This document shows positions 39,510 to 53,171 of a stretch of 64,000 nucleotides of DNA, piece by piece. This DNA is from Chiloscyllium plagiosum (lineage: Eukaryota). Numbering within the stretch: the stretch's first letter is position 1; the number at the start of each line of letters is the position of its first letter. The notes beneath the pieces were generated by a model. That model was given only the letters and a program-made list of their open reading frames with translations, was not told the origin of the DNA and made no database searches. The position numbers were made by a program, and so were the translations under genes. Where the stretch lies: the NCBI RefSeq assembly GCF_004010195.1, contig NC_057750.1:8690727-8754726 (forward strand), in the 5' to 3' direction.

Positions 39510-40460
39510 CCTTAGGTTTTATTAATAGGGGCATGAAGTACAAGAGCAAGGAGGTTTTATTAAAACTTAGGTAGAAGACCTTTGTCTCCATTTGTGGGTG
39601 ACACACTTTACGAATTATATAAATGAAAGTTTTCCAAGAGCTAAAGGGATCAAAGGATATGGGGACAAAATGGGAACAGGGCACTGAGTTGATGATCAGA
39701 CATGGTCACATTGAATGGTAGGGCAGGCTGGAACATCTGATTGGCCTACTCCTCATCCTATTTTTAATGAATGCATTGGAGGGAGATTGCAGAAAGGATT
39801 CACCAAACTGTTCCAGGGATAAGGAACTTCACTCAACATGGAACAATTGTAGAAGTTGCGACTGTTTTCCTTGGAGAAGAGAAGGCTGAGATGTTCAAAG
39901 TCATGAGCGGTCTGGGTGGTGGAAAGAGGGAGAAACTGTTTCAATCAGTAGGGTCAGGAACCAGGGGACAAATTTAAGGTAATTAGCAAAATAAACAACG
40001 CCAACATTATCTTTAATATCTGGAAGTCTTTTGATCTTTGTCTTGAACATTCTCAAAGCCTCCACAGCCAACCTCTGAATGAAGAAATTCCTCCTCATCT
40101 CAGTGCTAACTGGGATTTCTTGTTCTGAGACTGTGCCCCTGGTTCTAGATATTCCCCCAGCCCAGGGGGAATCTTTCTTTTTGCTTCGACTTGGGCGAGC
40201 TCTACAAGAATTGTATGTGCGTCAATGAGATCATTTCTCATTCTTTCAGTCTCTGGAGAATGTAGATCCATTCTCCTTAATCTCATCTCACTGGACATTG
40301 GAGGAGTGTTCAATTGCGGCATTCAAGAAAGAATCAGATGGTTATCTGAAAAAGAGCAATGTGCAGGATTATAGGGTGTGAGTGGTGGAGTGGCATTGGT
40401 CATTGGGAGAGCTGGCTCAGACATGATGAGCCAAGTGGCCTCCTTCCACAAGAACAATTT
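39510..40460. mobile_element. Interleaved old CR1 fragments on both strands
   Basis: Remnants of ggcatgaagtacaagagcaaggagg, GTRGQ and RMRNDLI. Confidence 0.65.
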
Positions 40461-41814
40461 GTGCTCCTGTGAATCGATTACATATATGTTACCTTGATGA
40501 GCAATCAGCAGTTCACAGTTTCGATATCCGTCCCAGTGTGGTACTGAACTATCTAGAAAATCCCTATATTCAACCCTGGCTCGGTGCTGACTAGACACTG
40601 GAGCCTTAAATTTGACATGAAATATTCAGGACCAGATGATAGCAACCATCCTTGTTCCTGCTTCTGATATCAATCCTTTTTCCTACGTATAGTTCTCAAG
40701 GTATAAATGATATTGATTAGCCTTCATAGATAGTGAATCATTTGTTGACTTGAGCAGACCTAATTGACTACAAATTTTCTGGAGTACAGAAATAGGCAAT
40801 TCAACCTTCAAGCCCATGTTGGGCTTTTCATGCCCCAAGAGGACTTTCTCCCAACTCCTCTCCAAGCCCCTTCCTGAGTCATTCAGAGGACAATGTGGGA
40901 CCGAGGTCCTTGGCAAGTCATGTTGCATCAAGGCTATGTTCCATTCTCTGAAGGATCAGGAGTGATCCAGTTGACTTTTTCATTGCCCATGTGTGTCGTT
41001 GTCAAGCTTCCCTGAGGTCTATTGGAAAGTATACAGGATTAGGCTGGAAAAGACTCATCTGTGATGGTGTCCCCTAACCGCTACTGGCCCATTAACTGTT
41101 GAAAGAGGAATTTCATGGAGAATCTCAAACTTAAACAGCTTTCTCAATCAAGGCACTTTACTTAAATCTGAGATTAACTTGTATTGAGATCTGTGGTGAA
41201 GCCCAAACTGTAAAGGTTTCCCCATTTTATGAATCATTATTCTCCATCTCTGAGTTGTCTTCAATCCATCTGCCAAATAGTCAAAAGAACAATACTGCTC
41301 CCTGGCTTTCATCAGCGGCAATCTGAAACTGGGAAGGGACGTTGGGACTATTGAGAAGTAGTGAGCTGCCTTGTTGAACTGCTACAGTTTTTGTGATGTA
41401 GGGACACCCACAATGCTGTTAGGAAGTGAGATCCAGGATTTTAACTTAGTGAAGGAATGGTGATATATTTACAAGTCAGGATGGTGTGTGACTTGGAGGG
41501 TAACCTTGCTCCCATGTATCTCCTCCTGTGCACCTTGTCTTTCTAGATGGTAATGGTTGTTGGTTTGGAGGGAGCCTTGGTGAGTAACTGAAATAAAATT
41601 CAGTCACTGGCAAGTAATATTAGATAAATAAAGTCACCTTAGATAGACAAGTGGAGAAGATATATCAGTGGGAAGTAGGTAAATGGATTGAATGTAGTTT
41701 TGAACAAGTAACGGATATGGTAAGTTAAATTGAATTCGTGCTGAACAAGGTTGCTTCAACAATGCATAAATCAAATGTCATTAAAGAGACTCCAGTGCTG
41801 TCTGTTATGTTACA

Positions 41815-42180
41815 TAAAACATTGCATCCCAGTTCAGGCCCTTCGGCCCTCGGTGTTGCTCTTACCTGTGAAACCAATCTGATGCACATCTAACCGATAC
41901 GATTCCATTTTCATCCATATATCTATTCAATGGCCATTTAAATGTTCTTAAAGTTGGCAAGTCTACTACTGTTGCAGGCAGGCTATTCTAAGCCCCTACT
42001 ACTCTCTGAGTAAAGAAACTACCTCTGATATCTGTCCTAAATCTATCGCCCCTCAATTTAAAGCTACATCTCCTTGTGCTTGCCATCACCATCCAAGGAA
42101 AAAGGCTCTCACTGTCCACTTTATCTAACCCTCTGAATATCTCATATGTCTCAATTAGGTCAACTCTCAACCTTCTCCCT
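41815..42180 (-). mobile_element. CR1 3' fragment
   Basis: ORF 41988..42230: RRLRVDLIETYEIFRGLDKVD...FFTQRVVGA. Confidence 0.85.
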
Positions 42181-42339
42181 AACAAATGGATGGACATTGG
42201 TTGGATAGTGATTGTTACAGAATGTAACATTTAAAAATAGCAAGTGATTGTGTACAAATACCTAGAGATAGTTTGCTCTTGGACAATGCTGTTCAACTGC
42301 TTGCTAGTCTTTAAATTTGTTCCTGTGAAATGCTTAAAT

Positions 42340-43250
42340 AAGTTAGTAAGTTTGCAGATGACACCAAAATTGGAGGTGTAGTGGACAGCAAAGTGGGTTA
42401 CCTCAGATTACAACAGGATCTTGACCAGATGGGCCACTGGACTGAGAAGTGGCAGATGGAGTTTAATTCAGATAAATGTGAGGTGCTGCATTTTGGAAAA
42501 GCAAATCTTAGCAGGACTTACACACTTAATGGTAAGATCTTAGGAACTGTTGCTGAACAAAGAGACCTTGGAGTGCATAGCTCCTTGAAAGTGGAGTTGC
42601 AGGTAGATAGGATAGTGAAGAAGGCATTTGGTATGCTTTCCTTTATTGATCAGAGTATTGAGTTGGGAGGTCATGTTGCGGCTGTACAGGACATTGGTTA
42701 GGCCACTGTTGGAATATTGCGTACAATTCTGGTCTCCTTCCTATCAGAAAGATGTTGTAAAACTTGAAAGGGTTCTGAAAAGATTTACAAGGATGTTGCC
42801 AGGGTTGGAGGATTTGAGTTATAGGGAGAGGCTGAACAGGCCGGGACTGTTTTCTCTGGAGCATCGGAGGCTGAGGGGTGACCTTATAGAGGTTTACAAA
42901 ACTATGAGGGTCATGGATAGGGTAAATAGGCAAAGTCTTTTTCCCTGGGGTGAGGGAGTCCAGAACTAGAGGGCATAGGTTTAGGGTGAGAGGGGAAAGA
43001 TATAAAAGAGATCTAAAGGGCAACTTTTTCACACAGAGGATAGTACGGGTATGGAATGAGCTGCCAGAGGAAGTGGTGGAGGCTGGTACAATTGCAACAT
43101 TTAAGAGGCATTTGGATGAGTATATGAATAGGAAGGGTTTGGAGGGATATGGGCCGGATGCTAGCAGATGGGACTAGATTGGGTTGGGATATCTGGTTGA
43201 CATGGACGGGTTGGACCGAAGGGTCTGTTTCCATGCTGTACGACTCTATA
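42340..43250 (+). mobile_element. CR1/HER1 LINE 3' part, same family as 16170-17675
   Basis: KFADDTK at ~42348 and ORFs 42381..42701, 42628..42969, 42950..43177. Confidence 0.93.
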
Positions 43251-43259
43251 ATTAGACTA

Positions 43260-46025
43260 TGTGTTGCTGGAAAAGCGCAGCAGGTCAGGCAGCATCCAAG
43301 GAGCAGAAGAATCGACATTATGGACATGAGCCCTTCTTCAGGAATGAGGAGAGTGTGCCAAGCAGGCTAAGATAAAAAGTAGGGAGGAGGGGCTTGTGGA
43401 AGGGGTGTTGGAAATGCGATAGGTGGAAGGAGGTTAAGGTGAGGGTGATAGGCCGGAGTGGGGTTGAAGTGTTGAGCCACGGGGTGGTTGGGTTGGTTGG
43501 TCCGGGTGTCCCATAGGTGTTCTCTGAAATGTTCCGCAAGTAGGCGACCTGTCTCCCCAATATAGAGGAGGCTGCAGCGGATGCAGTAAATGATGTGTGT
43601 AGAGGTGCAGGTGAATTTGTAGTGGATATGGAAGGATCTCTTGGGGCCTTGGAGGGAAGTAAAGGGGAAGGTGTGGGCGCAAGTTTTGCATTTCTTGCGG
43701 TTGCAGGGGAAGTGCCAGGAGTGGAGGTTGGGTTGGTGGGGGGTGTGGACCTGACAAGGGAGTCACGGAGGGAGTGGTCCTTTCGGAACGCTGAGAGAGG
43801 AGGGAAATATATCCCTGGTGGTGGGGTCCGTTTGGAGGTGGCGGAAATGCCGATGGATGATATGATGTATATGGAGGTTGGTGGGGTGGTAGGTGAGGAC
43901 CAGTGGGGTTCTGTCCTGGTGGCGATTGGAGAGGCGGGGCTCAAGGGCGGAGGAGCGGGAAGTGGAGAAGATGCGATGGAGAGCATCGTCGATCACGTCT
44001 GGGGGGAAATTGCGATCTTTGAAGAAGGAGACCACTGGGTTGTTCGGTATTGGAACTAGTCCTCCTGGGAGCAAATGCGGTGGAGACGAAGGAGTTGTGA
44101 ATATGGGATGGTGTTTTTACAGGGGACAGGGCAGGAGGAGGTGTAGTCTAGGTAGCTGTGGGAGTCGGTCGGTTTATAGTAAATAACAGTGTTGATTCGG
44201 TCGCCCAGGATAGAAATGGAGAGGTCTAGGAAGGGGACGGAGGAGTCTGAGACGGTCCAGGTAAATTTGAGATCGGGGTGGAAGGTGTTGGTAAAGTGGA
44301 TGAACTGTTAAAGTGGATGGGATCTCCCATCCACCGCCTCCAACCTCATAATCCCACAACCCCGCACTGCCCGTTTCTACCTTCTGTCCAAAATCCACAA
44401 ACCTGACTGCCCCAGCCGACCCATTGTCTCAGCCTGCTCCTGCCCCACTGAACTCATCTCTGCATATCTCGACACGGTCCTGTCCCTCTTAGTCCAAGAA
44501 CTCCCCACCTACGCTCGGGACACTACCCACGGCCTCCACCTCCTCCATGATTTTCGCTTCCCCGGTCCCCAACGCCTTATCTTCACCATGGACATCCAGT
44601 TCCTGTGCACCTCTATTCTGCATCACGAAGGACTCAAAGCCCTCCGCTTCTTCCTTTCCTGCCGTACCAACCAGTACCCTTCCACTGACACCCTCCTTCG
44701 ACTGACTGAAGTGGTCCTCACTCTGTACAACTTCGCTTTCCAATCCTCCCACTTCCTGCAAACCAAAGGAGTAGCCATGGGCACCCGCATGGGCCCCAGC
44801 TATGCCTGCCTCTTCGTAGGATATGTGGAACAGTCCATCTTCCGCAGCTACACTGGCACCATCCTCCACCTTTTCCTCCGCTACATCGATGACTGTATCG
44901 GTGCTGCCTCGTGCTCCCACGAGGAGGTTGAACAGTTCATCCACTTTACCAACACGTTCCACCCCGATCTCAAATTTACCTGGACCGTCTCAGACTCCTC
45001 CCTCCCCTTCTTAGACCTCTCTATTTCTATCTCGGGCGACCGAATCAATACTGTTATTTACTATAAACCGACCGACTCCCATAGCTACCCAGACTACACC
45101 TCCTCCCACCCTGCCCCTGTAAAAACGCTTCCCATATTCCCAATTCCTTTGTCTCCACCGCATCTGCTCCCAGGGGGACCAGTTCCAATACCGAACAACC
45201 CAGATGGCCTCCTTCAAAGATCGCAATATCCCCCCAGACGTGATCGACGATGCTCTCCACCGCATCTTCTCCACTTCCCGCTCCTCCGCCCTTGAGCCCC
45301 GCCCCTCCAATCGCCACCAGGACAGAACCGCACTGGTCCTCACCTACCACCCCACCAACCTCCATATACATCATATCATCCGTCGTCATTTCCGCCACCT
45401 CCAAACGGACCCCACCACCAGGGATATATTTCCCTCCCCTCCTCTCTCAGCATTCCGAAAAGACCACTCCTCCGTGACTCCCTTGTCAGGTCCACACACC
45501 CCCACCAACCCAACCTCCACTCCCGGCACCTTCCCCTGCAACCAAACAATAACCAAACTTTGACAGCATAGGAAGTCCATCAGTTGATTGTTGGTGTGTA
45601 TTGTAGCTTGCTTTCCCTTTCTTCAATGTTAAGAATAAGTCTAAGGAGGTGCAAAATTTAAATTTTTTTAATGTCATAGAGGTAAAGGAAAGCATCTCCA
45701 TGAACCTTCATTTAAATGGCAATGGGAACTCAGCACACCTTCCTAACCTGCAATCTTCTTCCTGACCTCTCCGCCCCCACCCCCACTCCGGCCTATCACC
45801 CTCACCTTAACCTCCTTCCACCTATCACATTTCCAACGTCCCTCCCCCAAGTCCCTCCTCCCCACCTTTTATCTTAGCCTGCCTGGCACACTCTCCTCAT
45901 TCCTGAAGAAGGGCTCATGTCCATAATATCGATTCTTCTGCTCCTTGGATGCTGCCTGACCTGCTGCGGTTTTCCAGCAACACATTTTCAGCTCTGATCT
46001 CCAGCATCTGCAGTCCTCACTTTCT
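43260..46025. mobile_element. Penelope-like element with inverted architecture: minus arm 43260-44310, plus arm 44311-46025 (RT core, internally rearranged)
   Basis: ORF 44588..45295 has GVAMGTRMGPSYA, FLRYIDD, LKFT, LPFLD and YKPTDSHSY. GIY-YIG remnant (IIYCIRC..YIGET) on the minus arm. TSD tctataa(t/g)tagacta at 43245-43259 and 46026-46040. Confidence 0.93.
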
Positions 46026-46167
46026 TCTATAAGTAGACTAGCTTAGTCATGTGTCGCTAATTTACACATTGTTGGCCTCTAGTCAAGATTAGTGTGGGTG
46101 AAGTGGGAATCACCTATTGGGGTCATTACTGGGTCACCTACTATCAGTCTCTTTGTGATTTTCACAG

Positions 46168-46283
46168 ACTCTGGGAGTCCCAGTCTCCTGGGTGATGATA
46201 ATGTGTTGGAGCGCACATTCTTCATTCGCATGAAGTCAACACTGACCAAGCGAGGGGTTCATGTCAAATCTTCAGGATACAAG
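46168..46283 (+). CDS. NPAS1: Coding exon (116 bp, phase 1 to 0) of the same gene: (D)[38 protein letters not shown]
   Basis: Acceptor ttttcacag and donor AAG|GTGAGT. [19 protein letters not shown] is diagnostic of NPAS1/3. It joins the previous exon in frame (G+AC=Asp). Confidence 0.93.
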
Positions 46284-48629
46284 GTGAGTGGGCGTTAGAA
46301 ACTTTCCACCAATTGCTACCTTCTGGCCAAGGCTAGATTATTACATTCACACCCAAGGACATCCAGTCAATAACAGAGAGGCGTTAGCCATTGCAGTGTT
46401 AGCAGGATGTGTTTGCATTGGCAGCATTGCATCAGCGATACTGGGTTTGTATCATTTGATCTGACAGCAATGCTGCAGGAGGAATTCCCTTCTTAAACAT
46501 ACTATGCAATGGGTTGCACTCATTCCTGAAGATTAGTCATGTGCAAACCACAAACAGTGTCTCCAGTTAAACCTTGTGTTTTCTCCCTTCCAACCATGAT
46601 GTGTTAACCTCCCTCACAAATCATAACTTGCCCCAACTTTTTCCTTGCCCCAGCCCATCACACAATAAAATGTAAGAATGGTAGTAGGCCATTAAGGCCA
46701 TCAACATTACTAAAACCAATTGTTGGCACATTCAATGCACTGCTGTTTGTGGGATCTTGCTGAGCACAAAATGGCCATTTACCAACACATTTTAAGACAT
46801 AAGATATAGGAGCAGAAGTCAGCCATTCAGCCCATTGAATCTGCCCCACTACTCAATGAGTGGCATTTGATCTGATAATTTTCAACTCCACTCCCCTGCC
46901 TTTTCCTCATAACCCTTGAATCTCACACTTAATAACCCAATCTGGACAATGCTCGACGATAAAGAATTCCACACATTCTCTAACCTCTGAGAGAAGAAAT
47001 TCCTCTTCATCTCTCTCTTAAATTTGTGACTCCTTATGCTGAGATTATGCTCCATTTTCCTCTCACCTCTTCTCTTGCCCCCTACTCCATCTCCCTATCT
47101 CCCCCAAACCTCTTTCCTCCCAGACCTTCGACTGCACCCGATCCCTCTGCTTCCCCTCTCCTGGTTATCTCTACCCTCCCCCACCTCACCTTCAACCGTC
47201 TCACCTCGCCATCTCCATCCTATTTACCACATCCCTTCAATACTTACCATTTCCAACCTCTCCCCAAACCCCCAGTCTTAGATTTTGCCAGACAAGGGGA
47301 GACTGACCTGAATCAGTGTTGAGAATGCTGAAAGGTTGATACCTTATAAGGGTAGACACATTTTATTAAATATGAAACATAAATAAGTGCTTAGGTTAAA
47401 CTCCCATATCTGCAAATGTCTAACTGTGGAACAGCCTATACCTTGAAGGTGCAACTGCAGAGGGAGCCAGGGAACGTTTAGTGTTCTCCTGATTGTACAA
47501 TAATAAAATGTTTTGTCTCCAGTCCTCTCATCTCTCACCTTGATAAGAACACAGCCAGATAGCACAGCAGCTTCTGCATTACAACACAGCCAAACTGTGC
47601 TTTACATAGAAAGGCTGTTTGTATCTCAGCTCTTTACTCACTGGAGTATTACCACTACAATAGGAACGTATTCATGTGCACAGGGGCGTCTGCACCATGG
47701 CACAGTGTCTCAGTGTTTCCAATAGATCTCTGTCTCCTTTACCATTTCTCACCTAATGATCTGTTTCCTGCCTCTTATCTCTCTCTGCCCTCCAAACTCC
47801 CTGAGAACATTGTCACATGCACAGAAAGAGGCCATTCGGTCAAACCAGTCCATGCTGATGTTTATTCACCGTTTTCCCACCTTCCCTAATTTAAACCTAC
47901 CATCCTCACCCTCGTAGGCTGGTCTAGCCTTCTCTTAACGTGTCTGTGCTATTCGCCTCGACCTCGCCGTGTGGGAATGAGTTCCCTGTTCTCAACACAC
48001 TCAGGAAAAAGAGGGTTCTTCTAGGTTTTATTTGTGGCTGTTTTCAACTGATGGGTCCCCTAGTTCTGGTTTCTCTAATATGTCGAAAATCCTGTCCAAG
48101 TGTATACGTGTACCCTATCAAATCACTCATGGTTTTAAAACAAAAGAAAGATGTGCATTTGTGTAGCGTTTTTGAAGTCACTTAGGCATCCGAAACTCCC
48201 AAAAGCAGCAATGTGATCAGATTTTGTGACGTGGATTACGGGATAAATACTGGGCCAGTACACAGGGAGAACTCCTTTCCCAGACAGTGTGGTGGCGGGT
48301 TTTTTTAAACAGATGGTTGTGCAGACAGATTTTTTAACATGTCGATTCCAAAGACAGTGCAGCGCTCTCACTCGAAGGATTATTATTGTATTTTTTTCGC
48401 ACCTACGTCCTGGAGTGGGACTTGAACTTGACATCTTGTGAGCTCCTGTAAGCCCCAGTCTATTCAGCCTTGCCTCATGACGCAGCACTACCGCTATAGA
48501 TTTGTAGGTGAGTAGGCCGATTAAGAAACAGGGTGAACACAAATCGGTATCCTTAATTCAGCCGCCTTGCCATGGTCGCTTTCTAATTTCTTCGTCTGTC
48601 AGGAGGCATCGTGAAATCTGTTGGAGGCC

Positions 48630-48954
48630 TAAGGTGTAGGTTTGCTCGCTGAGCTGTAGGTTTGATATCCAGACGTTTCATTACTTGGCTAGGTAACATC
48701 ATCAGTGGCGACCTCCTAGTGAAGCAAAGCTGTTGTCTCCTGCTTTCTATTTATATCTTTCTCCTGGATGGGGTTCCTGGGGTTTTGGTGATGTCATTTC
48801 CTGTTCGTTTTCTGAGGGGTTGATAGATGGCATCTAGATCTATGTGTTTGTTTATGGCGTTGTGGTTGGAGTGCCAGGCATCTAGGAATTCTTTGGCATG
48901 TCTTTGCTTAGTCTGACCCAGGATAGATGTGTTGTCCCAGTCGAAATGGTCCCA
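48630..48954 (-). mobile_element. Second PLE family, 3' end (GIY-YIG C-terminus plus hammerhead), TSD gttggaggcc
   Basis: ORF 48751..48966: HFDWDNTSILGQ..RHAKEFLDAWHS..AINKHIDL..IYQPL. TSD at 48620-48629 and 48955-48964. Confidence 0.85.
48668..48709 (-). ncRNA. Putative minimal hammerhead ribozyme
   Basis: Reverse complement reads CCA-CUGAUGA-UGUUACCUAGCCAAGUAAU-GAAAC-GUC-UGG, with 3-bp stem I, both core boxes and a GUC site. Confidence 0.72.
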
Positions 48955-49824
48955 GTTGGAGGCCATTCAACCCCTCTGAGCTAGTTTCGCCGCCCTTCTA
49001 TGGAATGCACCCTATTCTCCTTGGACCGCGGAATATCCATCCCCTTGCCCAAGATTATCGCCACCTTCCCCACCACCACTAGCAAGAAACATTTATCTAC
49101 GCTATCAATTCCTTCCACAATCTGAAATACGTCAATTTAATTGCCCTGTTAAGCCTTTTATATTCCAGGGAATTCAAGTCCATTTTATTTAATCTCATAA
49201 TCTCGCTCTTGGGCTCCTGGTACCATTCTCATTTCACCTTGACAATTGACAATATGTGATGTTGGAGAATTTTTAATATTAAGGAGGGGATACTTGCCTG
49301 CTCTGGAATCTGCTTCGTGCAGACAGGAGCAACGAGTAAAGAGGGAAATGCAGGCTGACAATCTTTGACATTTCCTCTGGAGGCGAAGAATTGTCAGACT
49401 GTGGAGCAGCATTGCCCCCTTGTGGCTGCATCTCAAAACAGGATAGAGCCAAAACATTCAGTCTATTCAAGTAAACTGAATACAAAATTTGGAGTGCTGA
49501 CCTCATCAAACCCCTTTCTCCACCTCCATTTGTCTTTACTGCATTTTATCCACTTTTGTTTTCCGATTTGTGTCTCTCCCTTAATCTTTTCTGACATGCC
49601 AATGCAGTGCATGTCAGAGGGAGCACTTTCCAAACTGACTTGAGGGTGTGATGTTGAACTGAGACAGATTCCTGTTCACTTGGTAAAACAGACCTTTCAG
49701 GTCCAGGGCTAATATGTGAAGAAAAACATATCCAACATGACTAAAAAACCATTATCAGGGCATTCAGTGCACTGCTGCTTATGGGATGTTGCTGAGCACA
49801 AAGTGGCCATTTACCAACACATCT

Positions 49825-52800
49825 TGAGACCATAAGACATAGAAACAGAAGTAGGCCATTCAGCCTGCTGACCTTTCTGCCTGAGATAGTGACTGTTCTG
49901 ATTATTCTCAACTCCACTTTTCTGCCTTTTCTCCATAACCTTTGAATCTCTTACTATTTAAAAATCTGTCTATCTTGCCTTGAATATACTTAATCACTCA
50001 GTCTTAATAGCCCTGTGCAGTAAAGAATTCCATAGATTCACTACCCTCTGAGAGAAACTTCTCATCTTTGTCTTAAATGGGTGACCCCTTAATCCCTCTG
50101 GTCCTACAGTTGTTATGGAGGATTTCAACATGCAGGTAGACTGGGAGAATCAGGATGGTACTGGACCCCAAGAAAGGGAGTTTGTGGAGTGCCTCCGAGA
50201 TGGCTTCTTAGAACAGCTTGTGCTGGAGCCTACCAGGGAGAAAGCAATTCTGGATCTGGTGTTGTGCAATGAACCGGATTTGATCAGGGACCTCGAAGTA
50301 AAGGAGCCATTAGGAGGTAGTGACCACAATAAAATAAGCTTTAATCTGCAGTTTGAAAGGGAGAGGGTAGAATCGGAAGTGACAATATTTCACTTGAATA
50401 AGGGGAACTATGGAGCTATGAGGGTGGAGCTGGCCAAAGTTCAATGGTGCAGGGATGGCAGCGGAACAACAGTGGCAGGTACTTCTGGGTATGATGCAGA
50501 AGATGCAGGATCAGTTCATTCCAAAGAGGAAGAAAGATCCTCAGGGGAGGCAGGGGTGGCCATGGCTGACGAGGGAAGTTAAGGACCATATGAAGACAAA
50601 AGGGAAAAAGTATAACATAGCAAAGATGAGTGGGAAATCGGAGGACTAGGAAGCTTTTAAAGAACAACAGAGGATAACTAAAAAGGAAATACGCAAAGAA
50701 AAAATAAGGCACGAAGGTAAACTCCCCAAAAATATAAAGGAGGATAGTAAAGGCTTTTTGAGATATGTGAAAAGAAAAAAATGGTTAAGACTAAAATTGC
50801 GCCCTTGAAGACAGAAACGGGTGAATTTATTACGGGGAACAAAAAAATGGCAGAAGAGTTGAATTGGTACTTTAGATCTGTCTTCACTGGGGAAGACTCG
50901 AGCAATCTCCCAGATGTAATATTGGCTGAAGGACCTAAACTGAAGGGAATTTATATTAGGCAGGAAATGGTGTTGGAGAGACTGTTAGGTCTGAAGGCTG
51001 ATAATTCCTCGGGACCTGATGGTCTGCATCCCAGGGTACTGAAGGAGATGGCTGTAGAAATCGTGGATGCATTGGTGATCATTTTCCAATGTTCTATAGA
51101 TTCAGGATCAGTTCCTGCGGATTGGAGGTGGCTAATGTTGTCTCACTTTTTAAGAAAGGAGGGAGAGAGAAAACAGAGAATTATAGACCAGTTAGTCTGA
51201 CCTCAGTGGTGGGAAAAATGCTGGAGTCAATTCTAAAGGACGAAATTACGATAGCAGTAACAGGATAGGTCAGAGTCAGCATGGATTTATGAAGGGGAAA
51301 TCATGCTTGACTAATCTTCTGGAACTTTTTGAGGATGTAACTCTGAAGATGGACAAGGGAGATCCAGTGGATGTAGTATATCTGGACTTTCAGAAAGCCT
51401 TTGATAAAGTCCCACATAGGAGATTAGTGAGCAAAATTAGGGCACATGGTATTAGGGGCAAAATACTGACATGGATTGAAAATTGGTTTGCTGACAGGAA
51501 ACAAAGAGTAGTGATAAACGGCTGCCTTTCGGAATGGCAGGCGGTGACCAGTGGTGCGCCGCAGGGATCAGTGCTGGGACCGCAGCTTTTTACAATGTAC
51601 ATTAATGATATAGATGAAGGTATTAAAAGTAATATTAGCAAATTTGCTGATGACACAAAGTTGGGTGGCAGGGTGAAATGTGAGGAGGATGTTAGGAGAA
51701 TACAGGGTGACCTGGACAGGCTAGGTGAGTGGACAGATGCATGGCAGATGCAGTTTAATGTGGATAAATGTGTGGTTATCCACTTTGGGTGGCAAGAACA
51801 GGAAGGCAAATTACTACCTAAATGGAGTCAAGTTAGATAAAGGGGCAGTACAATGAGATCTAGGTGTTCTTGTACATCAGTCAATGAAAGCAAGCATGCA
51901 GGTACAGCAGGCAGTGAAGAAAGCTAATAGCCCTTGGGTCCTAATCTCTCCTGCTAACAGAAACATCTTCCTTCATAACAAGAGGAATTGATAATGGAAG
52001 CAAAGAAGTCCTTCAGCAGCTGTACAGGGCCCTGGTGAGACCGCACCTGAAATATTGTGCACAATTTTGGTCTCCAAATTTGAGGAAAGACATTTTGGCT
52101 ATTGAGGGAGTGCAGCATAGGTTCACGAGGTCAATTCCCGGAATGGCGGGACTATCTTACGCTGTAAGATTGGAGGGACTGGGCTTGTATATGCTTGAGT
52201 TTAGAAGGCTGAGAAGGGATCTGATTGAGACATATAAGATTATTAAAGCATTGGACACTCTGGAGGCAGGAAGCATGTTTCCGCTGATGGGTGTGTCCCG
52301 AACCAGAGGACACAGTTTAAAAATAAGGGATAGGCCACTTAGAACAGAGTTGAGGAGAAACTTCTTCACCCAGAGAGTGGTGGGTGTATGGAATGCTTTG
52401 CCCCAGAAGGCTGTGGAGGCCAAGTCTCTGATACTTTCAAGAAAGAGTTGGATAGAGCTCTTAAGGATTGTGGATTCAAGGGTTATGGGGATAAGCAGGA
52501 ACAGGATACTGATTGAGGATGATCAGCCATGATCATAATGAATGGTGGTGCTGGCTTGAAGGCCAGAATGGCCTACTCCTGCACCTATTGTCTATTGTCT
52601 ATAATCTCCCACAACCTCTCCATAGCTGCCCTATCAAGTCCTCTAAAAATCCTGTACGTTTCAATGGGTCACCTCTCCTTCTAAACTTCAATGAGTACAG
52701 GTCCAATCTACTCAATCTCTTCTCATGAGAAGTTACCTCCATATCCGGAAAAACCCAGTGAACCTTCTCTGGGCTGCCTCTAGTACTTGTATATCTTTCC

Positions 52801-52960
52801 TTCGATAAGGGGCTGAAAAATGTATACAGTATTCTAGCTGTGGTCTGACCAAGCAAAACTTCCCCATTTTTATACTTCATTCCTTTTAAATTAAAGGTCA
52901 ACATTACATTTGCCTTCCCTATCACCCACTGAACTTGGATGCTAGCTTTTTGTGACTGAC
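49825..52960 (-). mobile_element. Old minus-strand CR1 fragment (49825-50100 plus 52600-52960) split by a younger CR1
   Basis: 3' UTR at 49825-49960; ORF 52599..52982 is a degenerate CR1 ORF2. Confidence 0.7.
50105..52600 (+). mobile_element. CR1 LINE, ~2.5 kb, from the APE endonuclease C-terminal half through RT to the 3' tail; frameshifted
   Basis: EN motifs (G/E)DFN..DW, PTREKAILDLVL, LGGSDH. RT motifs YLDFQKAFDKVPH, GAPQGSVLGP, FADDTK. Tail is cctattgtctattgtcta. Confidence 0.95.
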
Positions 52961-53171
52961 ATAGAAGAACAAATAATGGCACCCAGTGTGGTGCTTAAAT
53001 CCACAATCCTGCGAATAAGGCTCTCATACTCTACCAACTGAACTAGCCGGACGTTAAGTGTTGAATTTTAAATGATGTGTTCTGTTTGGATCATGTAACT
53101 TTGCCTCTCAAGAAGTGGGATGAAAGCTCCATAGATTAATGAGGGGAATTCCAGACATCACAGTGAAAATA

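Noticed and set aside
44588..45295. Possible domesticated PLE RT
   Set aside because: Frameshifted, truncated, and the endonuclease region is replaced.
46141..46147. Alternative acceptor ctatcag upstream of the exon
   Set aside because: It lies 20 nt upstream and would shift the frame; weak pyrimidine tract.
50115..52532. Possible intact reverse transcriptase gene
   Set aside because: 5'-truncated CR1 ORF2 broken by frameshifts and stops.
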